NCBI GenBank assembly: GCA_964035545.1
Contig: OZ037765.1
Location: 32,611,504-32,675,503 of the forward strand
Source: Bugula neritina
Taxonomy: Eukaryota; Animalia; Bryozoa
DNA length: 64,000 bases
Direction of reading: 5' to 3'
Shown in pieces: positions 38,687 to 50,100 of the stretch; the stretch's first letter is position 1; the number at the start of each line of letters is the position of its first letter. Both the position numbers and the translations under genes were made by a program. A model generated the notes under the pieces. That model saw only the letters and a program-made list of their open reading frames with translations. It had not been told where the DNA came from and made no database searches.

Positions 38687-41600
38687 ATGAAGTATACAAT
38701 TCTCACTCTCTTTTGTCTTGTGGCACTGGCTGCTGCAGTACCACTTTGTGACATTTATGGAGGAAATTGTAATGTTGCGTTAAAGGCTGCTGGCGGCCTA
38801 CCTAATATTGGAAATCGTGGAATTAGCAAATTAGCTCAACCCGATAGCAAAGGTAATATATTATTCTATAAAATAAAATTTATTCATTTGATTTCACATA
38901 ACAGCTTTCAACAAAGTTTTTAATTGTATATAGTTTAGAAACCATAGGCCAAACAATTTTATTACATTTTAAAATGGCTTGAAACAATAAGAACTTTGCT
39001 AGAAAAGTACTGCTTTCATTTTGTATTGCAAAATATTTTTGTGTACAGTTGTCTAATACAAAACTATTTACTTGTTGCTACTTTTTTGAATATGTCAAAT
39101 GATCTAAATTATCTAGATGAAAAAGTAATATATTTTTGCATCACTACTTGTATACAGTATGCTAAGAAAGTAGCAATTATTGCATGGTTTTATGGTTTTC
39201 TTTTCACCTTTATACCTAAAAATTATAAACTAGACTTTATCGATAAAAACTTATAAACTAAACATATAAATTAACTAAATGCAAGCTTGCAATACAAATT
39301 TTTACAGCTTTGAGTATGGCATTTGGTTTCTCTTCTTAACAAATATAGGCCATTTTCTAAGATAGAAAAAATGAATAATAAACAAACTCCTAAATTACAT
39401 TAAAATTGATTTGTTATCAGAAAAAGCCTAAGATATTGACTATGATATAAATTGATAAAAATAAATATTCAACATAACTTATGGTTTTCTAATTGAAGCC
39501 AATCTTTTTAAAGGTATCCTCAGTTTAAAAATATTGCATAAAATAATAGCCAACAAATTTTAAACTTGTAGACAATGATGGAAATGATGATGGTCAAGAT
39601 AGCGTAGGGCATGACGACGATGGTCAAGACAGCGTGGGACATGATGATGATGGTCAAGATAGTGTAGGCCATGATGACAATGGTCAAGATAGTGTGGGAC
39701 ATGATGACAATGGTCAAGATAGTGTGGGACATGATGACAATGGTCAAGATAGTGTGGGACATGATGACAATGGTCAAGATAGTGTGGGACATGATGACGA
39801 TGGTCAAGATAGTGTGGGACATGATGACGATGGTCAAGATAGTGTGGGACATGATGACAATGGTCAAGATAGTGTGGGACATGATGACGATGGTCAAGAT
39901 AGTGTGGGACATGATGACGATGGTCAAGATAGTGTAGGACATGATGATGATGGCCAGATTGGCGACAATGGTGCCAACATCTATGGTGATCATAGCAAAA
40001 GTGGTGACGATAGCAAAGTTGGTGACGATAGCCAAGGTGGTGATGATAGCCATGGTGGTGATGATAGCAAAGTTGGCGATGATAGCAAAGTTGGTGATGA
40101 CAGCAAAGGAGGTGATGATAGCAAAGGAGGTGATGATAGCCAAGGTGGTGATGATAGCAAAGGAGGTGATGATAGCAAAGCTGGTGATGATAGCAAAGTT
40201 GGTGATTATAGCTATGGTGGTGATGATAGCCATGGTGGTGATGATAGCAAAGTTGGCGATGATAGCAAAGTTGGTGATGACAGCAAAGGAGGTGATGATA
40301 GCAAAGGAGGTGATGATAGCCAAGGTGGTGATGATAGCAAAGGAGGTGATGATAGCAAAGCTGGTGATGATAGCAAAGTTGGTGATTATAGCTATGGTGG
40401 TGATGATAGCCAAGGTGGTGATGATAGCCATGGTGGTGATGATAGCAAAGGTGGCGATGATAGCAAAGGAGGTGATGATAGCAAAGGAGGTGATGATAGC
40501 CAAGGTGGTGATGATAGCAAAGGAGGTGATGATAGCAAAGCTGGTGATGATAGCAAAGTTGGTGATTATAGCTATGGTGGTGATGATAGCCAAGGTGGGG
40601 ATGATAGCCAAGGTGGTGATGATAGCCAAGGTGGTGATGATAGCCAAGGTGGTGATGATAGCCATGGTGGTGATGATAGCCATGGTGGTGATGATAGTCA
40701 AGGGAATGATGGAAAAGATAGCTATGGCATTGACAGCATCGAAGGTGGTGACAGTAATGGAGACGACAGCAAAGGGGGAGATGATAGCAACGGAGACGAC
40801 AGCAAAGGAGGAGACGATAGCAATGGAGACGACAGCAAAGGGGGAGATGATAGCAATGGAGACGACAGCAAAGGGGGAGATGATAGCAATGGAAACGATA
40901 GTAATGGAGATGACAGTCATGGTGATTATAGCTATGGTGATGATAGTCATGGAGATTATAGCAGTAATGGAGATGGCAGCAGTAATGGAGATGATAGTCA
41001 TGATGATGGCAGCAGCGAAGGAGACGACAGTAATGGTGATAACAGTCATGGTGATTATAGCTATGGTGATGATAGTCATGGAGATTATAGCAGTAATGGA
41101 GATGGCAGCAGTGATGGAGATGATAGTCATGATGATGGCAGCAGTGAAGGAGATGACAGTTACGGAGATGATAGTAATGGAAGTGATGACAGCAATGGTA
41201 ACGATAGTAGTATTGGTGATGACAGCAGTAATGGAGATGGCAGTAGTAATGGTGATAGCAATGGTGATGACAGCAGTGATGGTGATAGCAATGGTGATGG
41301 CAGCAGTGGTGGTGATGGTTATGGAGATGACAGCAGTAATGGTGATGGCAGCAGTGGCGGTGATAGCAATGGTGATGACAGCAATAATGGAGATGATAGC
41401 ATGGATAATGATGATAGCGGCTCAAGCCATGGAGATGATAGCAAAGAAGGAAAATATTCTACTGATCTTGGTCTCGGTAAGCAACTAGTTTTAAATTCAT
41501 TTAAATTGACAATATGTTTCATGTTTTGAAGCTAGCTAACAAGACTTCAGAAAAATGTATTGTATAACGCTTTATATATTTTGCAGGTAAAAATACAATC

Positions 41601-41762
41601 CTCGGCTCACTTGACAAACACCTTGATGATCCTAAACTGCAAGGTATACTAAAAGATGCAGGACTGGGCAGTCTACAGGATCTCTATAGCTCGTCAGCCA
41701 TCAGTGCTTCAGGACTTATGTCACTACTGCTAGTAGCTGCCGCAGCTGTCCTCTTTTTGTAA
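38687..41762 (+). CDS. Secreted Gly/Asp/Ser-repeat acidic protein with GPI-type signal (cluster gene E, ~748 aa, 3 exons)
   Basis: Exons 38687-38852 (MKYTILTLFCLVALAAAVPLCDIYGGNCN...), 39572-41476, 41587-41762; phase-1 introns; total 2247 nt. GHDDDGQDSV and GDDSKG repeats. C-terminus ...DDPKLQGILKDAGLGSLQDLYSSSAISASGLMSLLLVAAAAVLFL*. Confidence 0.88.
39586..40700 (+). repeat. Coding tandem repeats: 30-bp GHDD(D/N)GQDSV array, then 18-bp GDDS(K/Q/H)G array with 180-bp higher-order period
   Basis: Visible 30-bp phase over ~39590-39950; the variant unit ggtgattatagctat (GDYSY) recurs at 40201, 40381 and 40561. Confidence 0.9.
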
Positions 41763-44156
41763 ACAACCATTCCTAATATTAATCTATTGTTTTCAATGAT
41801 TAATTTGCGAATATAGATACATGACAAATCTTTTAAGGAATTTTTACTCTGTTATTGTAAACATCACGTGAATAAATGCATTGAAAGAAAAAGATTTTGA
41901 TGAAATTATTTTGAGCAAATTAATCTTTAGTGCCAATAGAACTGTGAATCAGAATTATACATAATATATCAAACCTACTTATTGTTTTCTAATGCACAGC
42001 TCAAACTTTAAAATGTTTTTGTGAATATTGTATTTTGTAAGTATTTAAACTCCACTGTACTCAAAATTTTTGTTTTTATGCTAATGATACACTGATTTGA
42101 ATCAGTTTGATGGCCATTTCATAATAAATATGTAATTATCATAAGCCATATTTATTAGATGCTACTGATTGAGCTTTCTATGCTTTAAACAATAACAAAA
42201 TATTATACTCCTAGTCAGTATTACACATGATAATGTAAAATATTGACGGCTTCCTTAAAACACATATACCATTGCAATTTATTGAAACTCTGCTCTTTTA
42301 TTAAATTATTATTAATATGCAACTGAAAACAACCAGGTAAAACTACTAATTATAAGTATGTTAATATCATATGAAACAATTAGAAATTATTGATTGGAAA
42401 TAATTGAGTAATTAAATTTGAAAATATTTATTCGAAAAGAATTTTGGGAATTTTCAAGTTATATTGATTACAGGAAAATTGCTTAATTGTTCTATACATT
42501 ACAGTTGGACAGGCAAAAATAACATGAAAGAATAAGTTATGCAAATTAAGGTGCTGCTTAGCACCAAAACGAGAAAACATAACAAAATTGTATTGATCAA
42601 ATGTATATATCACAGCTTTTATAAAATTATTATTTAAAACTTTGTGTGCAAGAAAACCTAGCATCAATTTGGATAGTATATTATAATTTGGGGTTGGTTG
42701 ATTGGAATTGTAACTTATTATTTACAGCTAACTTAAACTAAAAGCTGCGAACTGGTGTTAATTTCATATGCACAATGCAATAATATTTGCAATATTGAAA
42801 TATTTCTAAAACTTAATACAATATTTACAGCTATGGTATTTAAAAATATAGCACTAAGGAAGATAGGTCTATTCTGGTATAATGCAATATTTAAGTGGGC
42901 CATGCAATTTACAATTTTGATAAAAGCTACAGGCTATGAAAGCTAACTTTTAGATGCGCCACGCATGATATAATTTAAAAAAAACTACTGAATTGAATTT
43001 CATTGCTATTTTGAATAAACTTTAAAAAAACAACTCGTGTTGCATTTCTAAAGTTGGTAAACACAAGAGAGCATTCCACTTTCACAAGTATCAGGTAATA
43101 AAGTATAACGGTGCATTGTGCAACATAAGATGCTGCAGCCATATATCAAGCTGAAGAGTAACACAAGATAGAATATGTCTGCATTGTTTTGGATTTTGAA
43201 ATTCTTGCTTTTTCACAGTCTGCACAACTGTTCAGGCTTTTATTTGAATGTGTTTTCCAAAACAAATAACCTAGGTTTTGTTTTGATACAACTTGAAAAT
43301 TTTATAAATTGTTGCAGATGTAATGAAAACAAGAGAATTGTGAAACCCAGTAAGTTTTTTTTGTGAAATACATCACATAGATTATTAAAAAAAACTGTTG
43401 GCTATGTAAGCCTGCTATTAGCAAATAAATTATCATTTTTGAAGTTGAAAGAACAAATATCTAAAAAAATGAAAAGCATCATAAGGATAGCAGCTATCAT
43501 ATCAAAAACCCTGAGAATTTCAAGTTGTATCAGAAGAAAAAATATTTTTTGTATAACACAACAGAATCAATTGGATACCCAAACGATTGTCCTAACTTTG
43601 ATTGAATATTCGGAGATTGATTTTCATGATGAGCAATTTTCAAACAGAAAAAAATTATTAATAATTGAATTAAACTATTTTATCTTTGTGCTTAAGATAG
43701 GATACTGTTTTTACTTCTTTTTTATAAGCTAATTAAGCTGACAAAGTTAATCTTGCTGTTTTAGGCAGAGGAGGCAGCAAAATTATGGTACTTCAAGTTA
43801 CAGAACTATTATAAATACTATATCAGCACATCATGCTAAAACATAAAACTTAATTTTCAGCCTTTAAAATATGTGTATAACCTGTTGAGGTTAACAAGAA
43901 GATGTACCTTTTCATGTTGTGAATTTTTTATTTGGTCAAATTATATCAAAACGGATACAGTAGTGTAAACTACGATTCATGAAATAATAATATAATATAA
44001 AATATCTGGTGATAAATATAAAAAAAGAACCAATGAAAAATTACAAAAATATTTACACTACCTATTTACAACCTGATGAGACTGTGAAGTATACTTAAAA
44101 AATAATAATTTCTTATTTTTATTACAAAATAAATTCCTTATTGTCCAGTACATACT

Positions 44157-47100
44157 TCAGTCATTAAACTTCTTGTTTACTTCTCGAGAACCAACTAAAA
44201 TTTCACAAGTGGAAAACACAAATTAACAAATTTAATGAAGTTGAAATACAGGTCATGTACAATAGAATTTAGCAAAGCAGTAGAATTTGGTGAACACTTT
44301 CTGTGTATGCACCAGTTAATGACAAGCAATTACAGTGAGTATAAAAGACATACTAGGTAAGACTAAAACAAGAACTGGTTATACTAACCTTGGACATGGC
44401 ACACTTCAGCATCAGCATTGATTTTCATGAAATAATCCAACCAAAGTATTTGTTTTGACGACAATTTATCATGAGGTCCCTTAACTTCCACTATCTATTA
44501 TACATTTATATGTTATTACTAATACATATTACAATTATATATGGCTTTCATGGATTAATAGCAGAAAGCTGAAAACTTGAATAGCTGTATCACCAAACAC
44601 AAAAATCCATGTTAGTGTGATATGACATAAAAAATCCGTAAGTAAAAGGGAATTTATGTTATTCAATAATATTATTTTTGAAAGGGAAAAATTGCAATAA
44701 ACCTGAGGAATGTGCGGAGAACTTGGCAATCAGATGTAAACCAAAAAGAATAAGTGTGAAAGGTATGAGAAGGTATTACCAGGTTTTCAAGTTTTTAGCA
44801 GCAGCAAATTTATGTGAGTAAGTTAATACATTTCCTCCATTTTTAATGAAGGAAATGTATTATCTTACTCACAGCAGAAAATGTGTCAGACAAATATTAG
44901 CACAATGAGCAAGTGGTCAATGTATAGAACGGTATAAACATTAGTGGTGTATAAACATTAGGGGTAGGAGGTGGGGTGGAAAGCAAATTGCAGGATAACT
45001 TTGTAGCATAGGCTCATACACAGATATACAGCTCAGACAAACTAAAACACATACTCAGCCATTTTGAAAACTTTAAATACAAGTCATGTACAACGAACAT
45101 AGTTTACCAAAACAGCAAATTAACCAACATAATGTAAATGTATACGTGAGCATTTTTAGTTATCGTAAGAGAACAGAGTTACAAAAACAGTAAACAGGAA
45201 ATGGTGAGTCAGCTGACCTTGTACTTTAGAGTGTCTGGGTTCCACATGGTGAGGTCAGGGAAGCCGCTACGACAGAACCGATAGTTCCTAACTAGTCTGT
45301 CACATATGGCAGCGAGGACAGAAGTACCCAGACAGAGCATGAGACTCTGTAATCACAAACAGACACCACTTTGATGTAGCAGCAAAGGAAACACACGTGT
45401 ACACACCTTTACATTGCTTTGCATCTTTTGCAAATTTGCATGCTTCAGCATTTTCATATATGCGATTAATGCAAGGCATAATTCATAGAACTGATACCAA
45501 CACATACATTAACAGACTTGGCAAGATAAAATTCGTTTGACACCAAAATATAGTTTGATCTACTGATACAACTTAAAAAGTAATTTCCTGAGCAAAATTT
45601 GACTACCAGCAAATTTAGAAAAGCAGTGAAAAATTTTAAATTTTGAATTAAATTAGATTAAATAACAGAACAAGTTAAGGTTCAAATCAAAACCAAATAG
45701 CATTTTATCAAACATTCCGCGTGATTTGTATTTTTATTAAAAAAGTTGACTAGCTTTGAGCTATAGGCTTGGCAGAAGATGGAAGCTGGTGATAGACTGA
45801 AGTAGCTACGTCTACATGGAAAGGTCTATATCACTCTTAGCATGCACAGTATTTGTCTCTTACCACAGCGTCACTAGCCGATGTGAATATACTCCAGTCT
45901 ACGCACACCGAGCGCTTGTCGTAATGTTCCATCCAGACAGATTCTACGGCAGACGACATATCCTGTAAGCAAACATACTATTGGTTAAACTGCTAAATGC
46001 AAGGAAACATGCTATTGGTTAACCTGTGCAATGTGGCTAAAATTGTAACACCACTGCTTTTTAATACTAAATCATACCTGCGGGAAGGGGAGGGGGGATA
46101 TGTATTTTTAAACATTTTTGTCTTCCTAAATTATAAAATGAAATTTTGCGGTGTGTTGAAAAGAACTAACTGCTGAAACCAGTAATTCCAGACGTTTCTA
46201 GTGAGACATGGCCAGGTGCTACGTAGTAAAAGACTTTCAAAGTATATCAAAGAAACATGGCTATTAACAGGGACTGCAAGGTGCTTTGTATTCATGAGCA
46301 GTATTAGCAAGTGTCCAGAAAGATCTCTTTTTTGTATCTTTCTAAACTCTAGAGCACTCATTGTGAAGGAGAGCAAATTGTACCTCAGCTACCACATTTA
46401 TTAATAAACACATGTTTTCAATAATTTATTCACAGAAATATCTAACAACTCCTCAAAACCAGGTGTTTCTATGGTGCCGAAAAATAGTGATAACAAAACT
46501 TAGCGCAAGGATGCACCACCCAAAAGAATCCTGAAATACAACCTAAATGGAGTGTAAGGTGACCGCAGGTGCTCCACGCCTAGCTTGACATCCATTAGTT
46601 ACGCAATAACATCTTATATCTCTCCCTAATCACCATAGTGATTAGGGAGAGATGTACGTTAATTAGCATTAGGAAAGGCACTCTAAGGTTGGCTTGATGA
46701 AAGAAGGCGAATTTACTGGCAGACAGGAAAGAACTGCTGAAAACACCTGTATTCTTTCCCCAGATACTCCCTTGCTGTCTGCTCCAGCTTGCTTACTAAT
46801 CGGGTCAACTCAAAGATAAGCTAAAGTCAGCAAAACTAGTAAACTGACAATCCTCTACTGTAAACAGAGCTATTCTTCAGTAAATATAATCATCCAGCTG
46901 GTAAATTTACTATATATGGTTAGAAGCTATTACAGCAGCATGTTAACAAAATTCACTATCATCTGCAATAAGCTGGAATTCCCAAATGTCAATATAAGAC
47001 AAAAAATTTCATAGAATTGGTTAAAATTAGCAAAACTAAAACATTTTGAACAGTTTTTTTAAAACACAATTTTATATTCATTTACTTCAATTAGACCTTT

Positions 47101-50100
47101 ATGAAAGCTATAAGGCTAGCAGGTACGCACACCACGGGTACCACAAACACACAGCTGTACCTGCGACTTGAAGTTTCTAATCGTCTGTAGCCTCAGGTCA
47201 ATATCTTCCTTGCGGGTCTCATAAAACAAGTCCGTCTGAAAATCTAGTGGCTGATGTTGGTATTCAGATATGAAAGTGTCAGGCAGACCTTCCTTGTAGA
47301 TGAGATCCCAGAAGAGTAGCCCAAACATGGCGGTGAACACCGAGCTCTCTCTGTGCATTCCTGTAATATAAGAGTAAATACAATGACCTCTCTCTGTGTA
47401 TTCCTGTAATATAAGAGTAAATACAATTAGCTCTCTCTGTGCATTCCTGTAATATAAGAGTAGATAAAATGAGCTCTCTCTGTGCATTCCTGTAATATAA
47501 GAGTAAGTACAATGAGCTCTCTCTGTGCATTCCTGTAATATAAGAGTAAATACAATGACCTCTCTCTGTGTATTCCTGTAATATAAGAGTAAATACAATT
47601 AGCTCTCTCTGTGCATTCCTGTAATATAAGAGTAAATACAATGAGCTCTCTCTGTGCATTCCTGTAATATAAAAGTAGATACAATGAACTCTCTATGTGT
47701 ATTCCTGTAATATAAGATTAAATACAATGAGCTCTCACGTATACTTATTTATAACATGAAATTATTTTCTACTATATTATATCACAACAAGATAATTTTA
47801 CATAGAACACATCTAAAGCAATACATTTCAAAGTCTATAAAATCTCTCAAAAACACAGCAAATTTTCATGTTAACAATTCAACCATTGATCTTGGAAAGA
47901 ACTGATCACATGACCTTAAATCTGACCTATAAAATGTCATTTGACAATTGTTTGACAGAGGTTACGGATGGAGGTGTGAAGATGGAGTAATTAATATTTA
48001 AACGAAATAAAATCTCTGCACGCGTTCAACTCTGTGAAGTTCAATGCTATGAAAGAAAAGCTACTATTCATACATATTATATTGTTTTATGTTTAATTAA
48101 CAAATATTATTGCCAAAAAAATTAACTCAACATAGCTGTATGGGGAGGAATAATTAGTAGGTACATCCGAAATGACAGCAGAAGTTGTAGCAGAGATACA
48201 GTAGTAAATTCAGGTAAGAGAGTCAGATGTGTTCAAACTGAAAGTAATTTTATACAAAAGTAATTTGGAGCCTTTTAATCACTCCCAGTTTACAGTCACA
48301 GCAGAGTAAATTAACAAACTCTACGCTGGTACAGAATAACTTTTTCAAAACAATTCACAACCCTAAACATTTCTCACAGTTTACTACCAACTAGCTTACA
48401 ATAAGAGAGTTGTAGAAATAGTGTAGAAATAGTATGCGCAGTAAAACTATAGAAATAATATAGAAACAGTTTAGAAATGCTGTAGAAATATTGTAGAACT
48501 AAGTTATAAGAGTCTAAAAGCCAGTTTACTGATCATAAGTTATGACACTTTGCACATGTACGTTAAGGAGAAGATAATGAGTTTAAGAAAGGAAGTAATT
48601 ACTCAGTGAATATAGATTATCGTGTCAACTGATGTCCAATGTGTAGAAGAGACAGGACTGACCACAAACCATTTCCACTACTGAAGATGCATACAACAAA
48701 ACACTTCTTGTTACTGTACTTACTTTAAACAATATTACTTACACTACATTGCCACACACTAGTGTACATTACATTAAATTAAATTACACCAAGTTACTTT
48801 ATATCAATTTACCTTACAATAAAATTAATTACTTTATTTACGTTCTATTAACATTAGATTAAGTAAATCCTGTTCCTTACTTATAAAATACAGAAATTGC
48901 ATCACAATTAATGCTTTAGCAGCACGAGTAAAACATAGTTGACAAATGGTGTTGTTAATAAATAACTACTTTACTCTTGCGTAGCAATACACAAGAGATA
49001 CCATATTAGAGGGGTTTAACTTAGTAAATAACTGATGACAGCCTTGAAACAGTTGCATAAGGTCAAATTAACATACAAGTATAACAAAACTTATGCAGTT
49101 ATGGTAAGTACAGCTCTGCATGCCAACTCTATTTACTGAGTATTGCCTAAATTTTAGCAGACATCAAAATACATGCCAGATATTGTAATTAATTTTTTTT
49201 ATTACAATGATAAAAAAAGACAATACAAACTGACATGCACATAATACTAGAAAATTAGCAATATTATAGTATTTAATAGTTTAAATTTCTTCTAGTAATT
49301 TCCACAGGGAAATCGATTATCATTATCTCAGAGGCATGTTGAAGTTAAAGCATAGCTAAGCTTTTAATAATTATTTTTCTAACAGAATTGAATAAATTAA
49401 AAGAATAGGATAGGTGTAACGAGATACACCCAGTGTTTAGAAACCTAGCTCCATGAGAAATTAGCAAGTTATTAGAATGCCAGCAGATGGATAATGATAT
49501 AATATATTCACTAGTCGACGTGAATATCAACATACTTGGTTATTAAGGAGTGTATTATGCTTATTACTGAACCATCCAAACCTCATTAAAGTAACTTAAC
49601 CAACAATAAGATTTTGATATAAGTGTATAGTTTCACCATGTGTTAGGAATTTCCATAGTAACCCATATCTATATATAGTTGAGTAAATTCAGCCAATGAA
49701 AGTGAGTTTTAAAAATAGCAACCATTTAATGATCTTGGATATGGACAAACCAAGATGGTACATACGTAAACAGCAATTATCAAGTATATGAAAATAGATC
49801 TATCATGTCATGTATGAATATAATTAATGTTCAAGAGAAAATTTTGAAAGAAAAATTAAAAGCTGTATCTATTATTAGATTTTGGATTATAAATTATGAC
49901 AGATGAAATTTTACGATGTGTCTACAAGCTGTCAAATCTTTCAGACAGCTTGGAATGTAATATTCCAAACCATTTCACATTGGACTAGCAGACTAGCAGA
50001 AAATGTGTTGAGAGGAGTAGCTATAATTAGTGGTACTTAGTTATATTCTTAGAAATTAGTTCCAATCTGTAGAAATTAGTTCCGTTTGAGTCAGCATAGG

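Noticed and set aside
39520-41488. Long antisense and alternative-frame ORFs (His/Cys/Tyr-rich 621 aa, Ile/Ala/Thr-rich 536 aa, Met/Val-rich 515 aa)
   Set aside because: Shadows of the stop-poor coding repeat of gene E; only the Asp/Gly/Ser frame joins the signal and GPI exons with correct phases.
19071-41762. Naming genes C-E as DSPP, Aspein or SCPP orthologs
   Set aside because: Similarity is compositional only; intron phase and GPI-type tail differ.
47342-47736. CRISPR-like array
   Set aside because: Units are contiguous with no unique spacers; eukaryotic context, no cas genes.
49031-49060. CTGATGA...GAAAC hammerhead-like core (a CTGATGA also occurs near 44073)
   Set aside because: No stem II closing pair and no stems I/III.
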